From Takakia lepidozioides (taxonomy: Eukaryota; Plantae; Bryophyta), in NCBI GenBank assembly GCA_030704615.1, contig CM060732.1:992001-1056000 (forward strand): a DNA stretch of 64,000 nucleotides, written 5' to 3'. Of the stretch, positions 24,225-36,469 are shown in pieces (the stretch's first letter is position 1; every line of letters starts with the position of its first letter). A program made the position numbers and the translations under genes. The notes under the pieces were generated by a model. The model did no database searches, had not been told where the DNA came from, and saw nothing but the letters and a program-made list of their open reading frames with translations.

Positions 24225-27200
24225 ATGGCTTCCTCTGAAGCGGAGTTCTTCTCTGACGACAAACCAGTGCCGTTCTCCCAGGAAGTCCTTGACAATGGAT
24301 TTGCAATTGTTCTGGAACATGTCTTGGCTACCCGTTTTCAGCTGCAGAATGGCTCCATCTTTTTGGAGAAAGAGGTGTACGATCTTAAAGGGAAGTTGGT
24401 GAAATATTCTTTCCAAAACCGTGATGAGACGGCTCATATCAGCCAGTGGAGAGTGCGTCCTGGTCGATACAGAGTACTTGGAGAGCCTCGGCGAAAGTCC
24501 CTTGGGTCATATGTGACGCCCGGGACTGCTGCTTCGGTCGTTGAAGACAAGAGGGAGGTGGTGGTGAAAAAAACAGACGTCCTCCACTCCAATCGTTGAG
24601 CTTTCGGATTCTTCCGATGATGACATAAGTGAAATTCCAAATCCAGTCCTTCCTACTGTGGTTGGAGAAGCTGATGAAGAAGAGATTTGTAGTGTCATTC
24701 CAAAATTGCGGGCGATGGAGGAATGGCTGGATTCAAAAGTGAGTTGCGGGGAATTGATTGGGAATCTTTGAAGCAGGTGCCTGTGAAGTTCTTGCCGGAG
24801 ACTTTTGATGGCGATATCCTATTCGAGCTGCCTCCTCCTCCGCGAGTTGGAGGTGTAACAATCATGATGCATGGAATGGACAAGAACACGACGGGCCCGT
24901 GGTGCAGAACAAAAATCCAATATTCAGAATGATGACAAGCTTGTTTTCAGGAGGACAGTTTGCAATGGACACCTTAGGTGTGATATTTGAATTGCAGACA
25001 CTTTCTTCAGTCTGGGGTTCATAATCAAAGCGAATGGGAGGGTCTGGCGGAAAATCCATTTCAGCCTGGGACTGCCCCTCCACCGGCAAACACTTTCGTC
25101 TGCAAATTCTGCAAACTTGTGCCATCCTGCTTGGCGCTCTGCGGAGCAAGAATGTACTATGTTGTCCACCGTTTGAATACAATGACGAGAGCTTGTGTGC
25201 ATTTTGGATTCCATAACCATCCTGTCTCGAAGGGGGATTACAGGGAGAGTGTTGAGACAGTATCGAGCGTCGAGTAAGGCAAAAGCAGTCCTTCTTGGAA
25301 AGCCATATTTTGAGTGAAGGAGATTCTGTGGGGACTAAACTTGACGGTGCAGCATTGGACCTGGTCATGGATCATTTCTCCACTTTAAGTTCACCTAACA
25401 TCGGCATCAGATCAATGCATTGAGAATGGGCTCTGGGATCAGAGGCTACATAGACAATATTTTGGAATTGAAACGAGTGAGCAAGTACGATTACATCCAG
25501 GACAATGTATTCCCAGGTCAAGGTGCCATCAAAGTTTTTCTTTTCAAAATGTCGACTGTTGGGGAGGGCAGTGGGGTTAGCCTCGTGAAGCGGATGCAGA
25601 AGACTGGGGACTTGCAGAACTGTTTTCTTATGTTTGATCATGTGAAACGAGTGAAGGATTGGACGACAATGGCTTGTCATGTCTACGATCCAGTGTACCA
25701 ACGAGTTATGACAATTGCAGTTTGTGACATGCAATCCGAGGATACGGAATCCCAGAAGCTCATGTGGAATTCCCTGATACGTGTCATGGGCTGCCATGGC
25801 TGCCATCTCCAAATTTCGCAGGTTTCATGGCGGATAGTGCTCAAGCAAATTTCAATGCTGTTCGTATTGTCTTCGGATCGGGCGACCCAAAAGTGCCTAT
25901 GCCAGGAAGAGAGCGTACATGTCTATTCCATTGGACACAATCTCTGGAAAAACATACAAAGTCGGACATCAAACCAGAGATGCAGACTCAGCACCGTAAA
26001 TTGTGCAAAGAGTACAAAGATGCTAGAACAATGAAGGAGGCGGACACTTTGTTCCAGACAATTCGTGCCTGGTGGTTCTCTTCTGGAGCTGCATCACTTG
26101 AGAGTATGAGAGCATTGGAAGATTGGCTGGCGTTTTGGCACTTCCGGTATAGACAGTGGGGAGCAGCCATGACAATGGTACGAGGCTTCTATTTCATGCT
26201 TTATTCATACATTTGCTTTCCATTTTTTTGACTCATTGCTTTCTTTATGTTGTTTCCTGTGCACTGTTTCTGAAGTGTGGTTATCCTCTTTGCAGAACAT
26301 GTCCATTGAGGAAATGGCGGACATGCCATCTTGCAATTTGGCAGAAACTGTGCACAACGCATGGTTGCAGCAGTCTGGGAAACGAGGTCGGGATTTGTAT
26401 GTGGCAACAACAGATGATTTGATACGTGCCTTGCAACAACAAACCCGATACCGTGATTTCTTACGAGGTGGGGTTGGTGGCAAGGGTCCGGACAAATGGA
26501 GTTGATGTTGCGTGCTGCAAACAGATCTGGGGATCCAATCAAGATAGCACGGGCGGTGAGCATGTATGCCCAGGGAACGCCACTTGTTTCTAGAGTTCCA
26601 CATCTTGAAGGGGAGGAGAGATTCGGCTCCTGTAAGAGGAAATTGAACACTCCACCTGGTTCGGATTCAGATTCCCACAGGCAGACCGTGATAACTTCTC
26701 GAAGCCCTTGAAGGCCTCATGTTCCCCTGCATGACAGCCTCCATGTCCGGGAACTCCATTGTGGAGGAACCTCCAACACGACGGCAAGCTCCAGCATCAA
26801 ACAGTGCCACTGAAATGGTGCAGGAGAGAAACAACCCCCTTGATGTGCTTGAGTCCGCATGCCCCGACCACGTTTGGCACATAGAACGCACAAGTGTAGG
26901 GTCTCGTGTGAAATGTACAGCGATCAGGGCAAACTAATTTCGAGAAGTGCACTTCATCTATATCCAGAGGTGGTGCCCGAACTCCTGCTCCGACTTTCAC
27001 GGGCTTGATGCGTCCATACGGTCAACCAGAAGCCAAGAACCACAAGTTCTGGTTCTGCGCAAATGATTGTGCCAGATGTGTGCATGGAACTGTGCGTCCT
27101 TCCGTAGTGATGAAGCCAACTCCTCCAACCGTTTGGCCCGTGAAGGTGGGAACACATCTCAGCTTTCAGGAGATTGAAATGCTGGAGGAGGCAGGTTTTT

Positions 27201-27694
27201 CCCTTGCGAGACAACCCCAACTCCATGCATGTGCTACTACTTCTGCGTCCTCCGGGTCCCCCCGGCAAATCCTGACTTGTGGCCAACCAAACGAGATGGA
27301 AAGCTCGTTCGGCGTTTCCCTCCAACCGCTGAACACTTTGGCAAAGTGGAGTCCGCAAGAATGTTCCAAGCTCGTGTTGGAAGCACCACGGAAGTACCCG
27401 ATCCAGGATATGGTCGGGTATTCACAATCATCACTTCCACATCTGCTGTTCATGACAGGACCTACGACATCACGGTTTCCAATTTCCCCAATTGCACATG
27501 TCCTGATTTTGTGAATATGCTATCAACCAGTTTGGGCAAGAGAGGTAAATTCATACCCTGCAAACATTTGTATTTCATATTTGAGGAGGATGGTTTGCGA
27601 TCCCAAATGTGACAACTTCATTCACCAGGCCACTATGAGTTTCAACGAGGTCGATACTCTTTTGCAGCGGGATACAAACACATGGGTAGCATGA
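24225..27694 (+). CDS. A1 MULE transposase (GCM/WRKY-like Zn finger, DDE core, extra Cys cluster, SWIM); frameshifted
   Basis: CNGHLRC...CKFCKLVPSCLALC...CVHFGFHNHP; FLMFDHVKRV (D), FMADSAQAN (D), CLFHW (CxxH), CNLAETVH (E); SWIM CTCPDF...CKH. Intron ~26178-26295. Confidence 0.88.
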
Positions 27695-28294
27695 ACTATG
27701 TAATGTGGTATGTGAATGACCATGATTTGAAATGGTAATTCACATCAATTCGTCGGCTGTGCAATGATATGGCCTCCAACTATATGGAGTGATCTCTGAG
27801 TGACAACTTTTAGGTAGTGCACATTTGTCATTGCACCGTTCGAAGTCTACATGTCTTGCTGTCGCTATGCACTACAATAATCTTTTGAAGATGATCCTAA
27901 CTCTCGTTGTTATTTGAGGAGGGAGGAAGGTCTTCCCGTGGCAGCCTTTATGGCGCACACTTTGTGAGGATATTTTGTCGTCCTCGTAATTGTAAAAGTG
28001 AAACAAGCATTTGTAATTGTACAATGTTGGATGCTGCAATTGTAGGCCTCAATGCTCGTCTTGATTCTATTTAGGCAAGATTCCCTGCATTAATTCCACG
28101 GTCATAGGACCATCCACGGTTATAGGCGGCGCATGTTAATGGTGACGTGGCAGATGACGGACAGTGCCATGTCATCATTTACCGCCACATCAGCATGCTG
28201 ACATGACGCTCACGCCACGTCACTCCTGCGTGAGCGTATGCTCGCGCGCTCACGCGCAACGCTCACGCCCAACGCTCACGCCATTGCGTCGTTG

Positions 28295-29230
28295 CACCGT
28301 GTAATGCCAACTGATATCTTGCGGATGCATTTCAGCAATGTACTCTGTCCAGGCAAGCATCCTGTGGTTCCCGTCCCAAACGAAGAACATCTTTCCTTCC
28401 ATGTGTGCGAATGTGGGATTAGTCTTCAGATAGGCTTCAAACTCGGCATTAACAGTGTGCCAGTGGGGGCCCCAATTCTGAAGCTCCTCTGCAGTGGGGC
28501 CCCTTGTGACACCCTGGTCATTCTCAATGGAAACGTAGAATGCTGCCGACCCCCGTCTGTACCCTTCTCTGAGCTTCAGTCGATCGATATCCCCTGGCAG
28601 TGCTTGCCTTACAACTGGAAGGCTTACCATGCGACACAAAGGAACTTTGAGGTTCTCCGGATACACCATGGAGCCCAAAACGCGGCCTATGTTGCTATGA
28701 GTCTCTGCCAGGAACCTGTTTGCTGCTATGTTCATGTCTCGTGCGCTCATGAGCATACCCGCCACCAATTTCTTACTTCTATCACCTCTGTCACTTCCCT
28801 CACCCCTGTCACCAGCCTGTCTACTGTCTTGGAGGTTTTGCTCCTCCGCAAGCTCCAGCAGGTTCTGATCGTCGCCAAGTCGTACCACGTTATCGTCCTC
28901 TCCTTCTGTCAGCTGAATGGGCAGCCCTTCTGCAGATCCGACTCCCACATCTCCAGCGGCCTCCACCGCATCCGTGTTTTCTGAAATTGACTGCAAACCC
29001 AATATCTCCGCTTCCAGTCTCCCTAGGGGTTTTACTGGCGAATCCATGGGCTCCTTCTGCTTCCTCGGCTTCCGAACTCTAGGTGGGCTTTTCTGAGGCG
29101 ATATCTGAGGTGTTGAATGAGGACTCGCCTGCCTCGATGCACTTCCACCTTGCGAGCGCATCACCCGGGCAGGAGTATCCAAAGTTGACTGTGTTGCCTC
29201 GCCCCCCTGCGATCCCTCCCCAGATCCCAT
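28295..29230 (-). pseudogene. Element B cargo gene, 5' exon with ParB-like domain
   Basis: VPLCRMVSLPVVRQAL...FYVS...MFFVWDGNHRMLAW, clearly homologous to the A1/A2 cargo. Cut by A1. Confidence 0.85.
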
Positions 29231-29740
29231 GTCAAACAAACAGGAAAACATGAGACACTGCACGCAAAAAAAAGGTGTAAAAGGAATATTGCGTATGGAG
29301 TGCTTCACATCCGCGAAGCACGAATCTCTCACTGGTGGGCGATCTGAGTCTCCGGATAACAAGGTCTGCATTTCATGCATGAGACGAAGCTTAAGTCGTA
29401 TCGTCGGCGGCTTCCCAAAATCCCGTGTCCTCCTTCTCTTTGCCGGAGTCGCCTGACCTTCCACAAACTCTATGCTACCACTATGCCGCATAAGGAGAGG
29501 AACACAGGAGAATGTCACTGCAGAAGGGCAAGGAGCGAGAGAGCGAAGCGGTGGAACATGCAACCACTATGCACGAGCAGATGCGTAAGCAGCCACGTCT
29601 CCCGAAGCGTTGCCACCGTCCACCACTTTCTGCCGTATGGGTGATGAAGAGATTGTGACCCCTGACACGTTCGCACGGATGAAGTCGACTGGAACACGAC
29701 GCGCGTGCAGTTCCAGCCACCAGTACAAGACGGTTTATCC

Positions 29741-31362
29741 GAATTGCGGCACCGAAATACCTTCCGTTCACCGGATGCTGTTCCCGGAGCAGCCGGCATT
29801 GAATGAAATATCCGCACATCATGAAACCCAACCGCCATGAAAATCCCCTGCCTATGACATTCAACAGTCAGGTCGGTACGTTTCATCAGCGGACGGATGA
29901 ATTTCGGCGCCGAAATTCATCCATTCAAGTGCTTTCATACACAAACTTACGAATTTCGGCGCCGCAATTCATCGCTTCCCAAGTCCTCATCCGTCATGAG
30001 CAAACCTGTCAGTGGGATATCGGAGCCGGAATTAATTCCGGGACAGTGGAAACGGCTGCACTTGGGCAAATTTCATCCATATTTCGGCGCCGAAATTCAT
30101 TACGAATATCTCCGTCCGCGCGTAGACGAGGTGAAATCATTCATATTTCGACGCCGAAATTCATCCAGAGCGAAGACTAAATCGGCACCATGCTACGCTT
30201 TGCCGCCATCATTGCCCCTGACGGATGCTGTCCATGCCTGTTGGACTTGCCATTTCTGGACATAAACTATAATTTTGGCGCCGAAATTATACTTTATGTG
30301 CGGCAACGTCCCGTGCGAAAAAAACCACTTAATGGATACTGTCGGTTTCAAATGAAAAAAAAACGGCTAAAATGCAATTAATTTTGACAGAAGGGGTTAA
30401 TATGCCGATTTCTCCATTAAATGCAGAATATTCCTGTTATCTTCGTCGGAACGGGGTATTTCCAACGATTTACGGAAAATTATATCATCCAGAAGCAAAA
30501 AGTAAGTGTCGGGTTTGGACGAATTTCGGCGTCGAAATTCATCCGTCGCATAGAAAATGTAATATTACAGTTACTCATTGCGGACAGTAAGGATGAATTT
30601 CGGCGCCAAAATTCATCCATTTCAAAGAAAAATAAATATTGGAGGGAGGGCATTGGATGAATTTCGCGCCGAAATCCGGCTCTCAAACCCTGAAAAGAAT
30701 TTGGAGGGATGAAGTCGGTTGAATTTAGGGGCCGAAATTCATTGCTCGCGAAAAAAAAAATAAAAAAAATTCGGGAGGACTTCGGATGAATTTCGGCGCC
30801 GAAATTCATTGCTCGCGAAGAAAAAGGAAAATTAGAAGGGAGTACTTGGATGAGATTCGGCGCCGAAGTTCATCTGTCGCAAAGAAAAAAAAAAACAAAA
30901 AGGACTTCAGATGAATTTCACCACTGAAATCCATCCGCAGGGGCAGCAGAATTAGGGTCGGAAAAGGAGATGAAGAATGAATTTCGGCGCCGAAATACAT
31001 CCATTCTGCCGATTCAGGATTACTGTCATTCGGATGTCGGCACCGATATCCGACACGTGGTGAATCACGACTGTAATCAGGAACACATTCATCCGTATTT
31101 TGGCATCAAATTCAACCTTATGTGCAGAAACAATTTAATGAAGAAGATGTTCATCCGAATTTCGGCACCGAAATCCATCCGTTGGGTGCTTGGTCAGTTT
31201 CATGAGGTGAACAAATTACGATTTCTGTTGCCGGAATTCATCCCCTGGCTTCCAAAGCTGTTACATGACAGAGATGTTCATCCAGATTTCGGTGCCGAAA
31301 ATTCATGGGAAGGCCTGATTTATTGTAGCCCAAGGGTTGTACATTACAATTCAGGCACCAAA
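29741..31362. repeat. Array of ~20 degenerate palindromes, consensus GGATGAATTTCGGCGCCGAAATTCATCC, mostly ~63 bp apart, in the divergent promoter region of B
   Basis: Perfect 28-bp palindrome at 29895-29922. Many variants with largely non-repeating intervening sequence. Confidence 0.92.
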
Positions 31363-31552
31363 TATCCGATGTGAACTTGCTGTTGTCGTCCGTTTTTGTA
31401 ACGTACGTTACACACCTTCATCTTTACGTGCACTGATCACCCATCCTGTTGGATACGGAATCCTCCAGAAAATCATTTGTGTTATAGGTAGGACACACTC
31501 TTCTCATTGCAGGACTTCGCTGCGGAGCGTACCGAGAGGTCCCGTCTTCAAA

Positions 31553-34500
31553 ATGGACTCCCGTGTTTGGGTAAACGTGTACTTCCATCCTGATTCTCTG
31601 AAAGCTAAAATACCCTGCGACCAAGGATTTGCGATTGTCACTGAGCAGTACTTGTGTGTGAAGTTCGGGGCTCCGCCTGGAACGGTGTTTTTGGAAGAGG
31701 AGACGAAGGATGCTTATGGAAATTTTCTGGAAAGTGCCGTCATTCTGCATGCAGATTTCGGAAAAGGCAAAGAGTGGCGGCTCCCAGCTTCTGAATCCAT
31801 CCGGTACAGTGCCATTGGTGAAATCGTGCCTAAAGAGTTCCCACGCTGGAACTTGGTTGATCCTCCTTCCACAAGAGGGTCTGGCGTGCAAGATGTGAAG
31901 GATGTGGGCACCTCTTCACAAGCAGAGAAGCCCAAACATGTGAAAAGGGAAATCCAGGAAAACAGGGAAACAGTCGTCCACGACTTATCCAGTGACGATG
32001 AAGACTGTATGGTCCTTCCATCGTATGTTTCGAAGTCGTCCGTCACTAGGAGTGTTCAGCATACACCGTTCGACTCAACTTCCGTCCGCTCAGTAATCGA
32101 CATATTGCGGAGGATGAAGACAACGGGTTCCCGCTCCAGTGACCTTCTTAGGCTTGATTACGACAAAACTCCAATCCATTCTGTGGAAACTTTGCCTGAT
32201 GTTGTGGATGGGAATGCTATCTACGAGTTCCCTCCAGTGCCGGCAGGCGCAGGCCCAGACGGCATGCTCGCAGGAATGAACAGGAAACATGACGGCCACC
32301 CTTGGTGTGTCACCAAAACTTCATCGTCCAACCTGGGTGATGGAGTTCGAGTGAGATATGTATTGTGTGCTGGGCATCTTAAATGTTTCTCGAGCACATG
32401 TTACCATTACACTAGCAAAGGCACCAGGAATGAGACTGACTGGATTGGCAATTCGTCGACCCCATTTTGGCCTCAAGGTAGAGTTCCTGCAGGGACGTTC
32501 AAGTGTGCCCATTGCAACGCAGCCCCTACGTGCATGGCAGTGTGCAACGCCAAGCAGTACTACGTCGGGACCGTCGGCCCAGCGTGCACCAGAGCATGCA
32601 TTCACATCGGAAAGCATGAGCACCCCTCGCCAGAGGCAATTGCAGAGTCGCTTTTCAACAAGCCCAGGATATTATCAAGGAGGAGGTGAGGTTGAGGCCG
32701 GGTGCAAAACCAAAGCAGATACAGCTCGCATCGGCACATAGGATTGCAATTGGCAGAATAATGTGGAGGACGGAAGCACAAGAGAGAAGCTGGGCGAGGG
32801 GGACATGAAGGACCTGCTGGAAGCTGTCTCCCATGTGTGCAGCCCCAATGTCAGGAACCACATTGTCGGCTGCAAGAAAAACGAATCGGAAGAGGATCAC
32901 ATGCACTCCATCTTGGAAGTGAAGCGCACATGCGGCTACGACTTCATCCAAGGCAGCTTCTTTCCTGGTCAAGGCTCGAACAGGTGCTTCATATTTAAGA
33001 TGTCAACGTGCGGACCGGGGAGCGGCGTCGATTTGGTGAAGCGGATGACCAGTGGAGACCTCTCAAATTGCTGGGTCATGTTCGACCACATCCGCGAATT
33101 ACCAACCACGATTGGGTGACAATGGGGGCACATGTATACGACCCACATTGCAGAAAGTTGATGACCATTGCTATCTGCGAAATGAAGGGAGAAGACACAG
33201 ATTCGGAGTTGCATATGTGGCGCGGAATTAATGAGCAAATGGCGAGAGCCAAGTTGCCCCCTCCCGATTTTAGGGGCTTCATGGCTGACAATGCCCAGGC
33301 GAACTGGGCTGCAGTTAGGAGGGTATATGGGGACGACCCAAAGACTCCAATGGAAGGGAAGGAGAGATCTTGCGGGTTCCACTTCATGCAGAGTTTGACG
33401 CAAAACACGAAAAGGTTCGTGGCGTCACGCCACCGGCAGGATCATATCAGTATGTGCCTAGCGTGAAAAATGCGAATTCCATCGACGAGGCGGAGACCGA
33501 GTTTGCAACCATACGCGCCTGGTGGGTGTCTTCAGGGGCAGTGGATGTGAAAGATCAGCCAGAACTGCAAACGTGGCTTGCGTGGTGGCACTATAGATTC
33601 CGCCAGTTTGGAGACTACATGAGACAGGTAACACATTTCTGTACTTGACAATTGTTCTGTTTTGTGCTTGGACATTCTCCACAATCAGTGACATTTCTAA
33701 TTTCCTTCAACAGGACATGAGCTTGGAGGATGACACGGATATGCCGACGACGAACATGGCCGAATCGGTGCACTCTTCCTGGCGTGCTTCCTCTGCACAC
33801 ATCTCGTTGACATGTTGACAGCAACAACAGAAGATATTGTGAGGGCCATCATGCAACAATCTCGTTACTACCAGTTTCTGGGAGGAAAGCAATGGGGTAT
33901 CGGACCAGACAGGCAGGAGATGTTGATGAGGGCGGCGCATCGTTCGACCGATCCCAAAAAATGGACTGCTGCATTGCGGGAAACAATAAGGTCAACGCCG
34001 TTACACAGTCGGGGGAACTGCCTGGAGGGCGATGTCCGCAGCCGGCCGGTGAAGAGAAGAATTGAGGACATGCCCGGAGGGGACGGGGATTCATGGAGAT
34101 CAGATATGAACATCCGCACTCAACCTCGGGGCGCAACGATGTTGCGTCCCACGCCTCCACGAAGCAGGACTCGTACCCCCTCTCCTGCAGCATCCATGGA
34201 ATCGCTGCCAGACTCGGGACAACATGCCGAGGATGAGGATGAGCATGTTGCTCCTGTTTTTGTTACCCAATACAGCATTCCAATCGTGGAGCGAGATGTG
34301 TCGGCCTCGCAGTGGAGAATTGCACGGACCCGTCCGACATTTCGTGGCAAATGTTGTGTTTCGTGTCGACACCAACCAGAGATGCAATGAGATGATTCGG
34401 AGGAGCCCGCAGGGCGGTGTGCCTGCCCCTTGCTTCACAGGGAGATTTTGTGCGCAAAGTTTGTGGAGGCCACACTGAAGGAGTTTTGGTTCTGCAGGCA

Positions 34501-35142
34501 CGACATCATGTCGTGTGTGTTCGGCAAGCCCAAGTATGGTGTACAAGGCATGCCTGAACCACCGGCAGTCTGGCCTGTGGCAACTAGTACAGATCTTACC
34601 CTGGAGGAGGCAGACGCTCTAGGAAGTGCAGGGTTTCGACTGGTGGAGAGGACAGACGTTCCACGAAATCCAATTCCCAGTCGTCATCCTCCTCCCACGA
34701 GAAGCTCTTCGCCCCGCATACCGGTGGGTGACCCCGCAGCTTGGCCCACCCATCGGTGGGGGAAACTGAAAAGACGGCGGCCACCAACAAAGGCGAACGA
34801 CACCAGGATGGCCAACGCTCTTGCAATGCCCTGCATAGTGCAAGGTTGCAAGGATGTTCCTCACCCCGGGATGGGGCGCATATTTCAGTTGTCAACAGCC
34901 GGGTCTGCTGCGCGTAGTGTCGTGTATGCAATCACGGTTTCACAGTACCCAGCTTGCAACTGTGAGGACTTCCTTGTTATGGAATCGAAGAATGCAGCAT
35001 ACGTCCCTGCAAACACCTTTATTACATTTTTCTGAAGCGCATGAGTTGCATATCCGCAGTGGACGTCTTCATCCATGCTCCAACACTGAGTTTCAACGAG
35101 CTGCACAAGGCCCTACGGCAGGATAATGGTCGGACTGCTTGA
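31553..35142 (+). CDS. B MULE transposase, same architecture as A1; frameshifted
   Basis: RKHDGHPWC, CAGHLKC...CAHCNAAPTC...CIHIGKHEHP; WVMFDH, FMADNAQAN, CGFHF, TNMAESVH; SWIM CNCEDF. Intron ~33628-33713. Confidence 0.88.
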
Positions 35143-35800
35143 CATTCCACATTCGGAAGGAGAAAGTGGCAATTATATTACATTCATCTTCTTGCACCCT
35201 TTTTTTTTGTGAGGAATTATACACTTGGTGGTGCCGCATCGCCATGGCTACAGGTGAATTTCGGTGCCGCAATACATGAGAATGTGGTTTTTGGCCATGA
35301 ATGGCATGTGCATGCTTTTTTTATTTTGGTTGTCTACAAATGGATCCAAAGCATACATTGTGTGGAGATTAACGGGCATTGAGGCCTATTTCAGCGCCGT
35401 TTATGGTCTGTGTACTGCATAGTGCTTCCTTGTTACTGCTCTTCATTCAATTTGTAGTGATTTCGCAGCCCATCCTGGCGTTTTCGTCCACCTTTATGAG
35501 AAGACTCCAATTTGCTACAAATACATTGTTACTGTTCTGCAAATGTGATGCCTTTACAAGATTGCTAGTTTGTGTCCCAGTGGGAAGGGTCCTACTGCAC
35601 ATTCCAGCATTTGCATACTGCACCTTGTGCAAACAGCAATCCATACGACAAAGGACACGTCCCAGCATACTGGCAGTGAATTGCAAAAAACCTTAACAGA
35701 AGATTATCCAAGCATGTATATTCCCCATATGGCACAGGGAAGCTGCTTGATTTCTGAATGAAAATGTATGTGCCATGAGTGTCAACGAGTCGAAACATGT

Positions 35801-36403
35801 CTACTCTAGCATGCAAGACCTATGGTCCCCTCGCCCAAGAAGAAGGAACTCTAACTGGCCTCTCAAGGACCTCCTCAGTGACCGGGTGCCTATATTTGAA
35901 CAAAATGTCAGTGGTTTCTGTCGCCCGGTTGAAACTAACGAGGATGTCGTGTTTATCGATAGCGCCATTTTCACAGTGGGCCCTGTGTTTCCCTCCTCCT
36001 CATCCTCATAACTGAAGAGAATGTCCCCACTTTCCGAGCCAGTCCGTCCACGCGTAAAGTTTTCACCTATGCACTCATCATACGTCCACTCGCAACAATT
36101 CCAGCGATACAGCAACGTTGTGCGTGATCTGTTCGGCTCCCACACATGCGGAAAGTCCAGGTCCATGATGCGTAGGAACCACCTGCTCCCCAGCCGGGGT
36201 CCAGGAGAATCGTGCAATCCTGGAAGAAACTCCATTGCTCTCAGCTGGACAAGTCGAGGATCGTCCCTGTAAACATCCAGGAAGACAATGATGTCGTCTG
36301 CTTTCGGGAAAATGACTCCCGTCTGGCGTCGATAGATGTGATTCGGGCACGACATGGCCTCACGACACAGCACGAACTCAAAGCAGGGAGGAGATGGGCA
36401 CAA
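35801..36403 (-). CDS. Additional ORF inside element B, unknown function
   Basis: 200-aa open frame convergent with the transposase. No counterpart seen in the A elements. Confidence 0.4.
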   Translation of the reverse strand: MCPSPPCFEFVLCREAMSCPNHIYRRQTGVIFPKADDIIVFLDVYRDDPRLVQLRAMEFLPGLHDSPGPRLGSRWFLRIMDLDFPHVWEPNRSRTTLLYRWNCCEWTYDECIGENFTRGRTGSESGDILFSYEDEEEGNTGPTVKMALSINTTSSLVSTGRQKPLTFCSNIGTRSLRRSLRGQLEFLLLGRGDHRSCMLE

Positions 36404-36469
36404 CAGAGAAGAGTGAAGAGCAAAATGAGAGCAAGGCCTCCCTCACCGTAAGGCGGGTATTTGCTCTCC

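Larger units (their letters stand above)
17014..28294 (+). mobile_element. MULE-like element A1, complete (~11.3 kb)
   Basis: 9-bp TSD CACCATGTA (17005-17013) / CACCGTGTA (28295-28303). Short imperfect TIRs CAGGGATGCCTCGGCGTGAGC vs CAACGACGCAATGGCGTGAGC (15/21). Repeated GTGAGC/GCTCAC subterminal motifs. Confidence 0.92.

Noticed and set aside
30520-31362. CRISPR array (palindromic ~28-bp repeat with ~35-bp unique spacers)
   Set aside because: The repeats are too degenerate and symmetric without a loop, several spacers are A-tract-rich and related to each other, no cas genes are present, and the same motif is scattered in introns. A protein-binding-site array fits better.
24225-35142. KDZ/Zisupton or CACTA assignment for the large elements
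   Set aside because: The 9-bp TSD, the D..D-CxxH..E core and the SWIM finger fit Mutator. No CACTA ends or KDZ motifs were seen.
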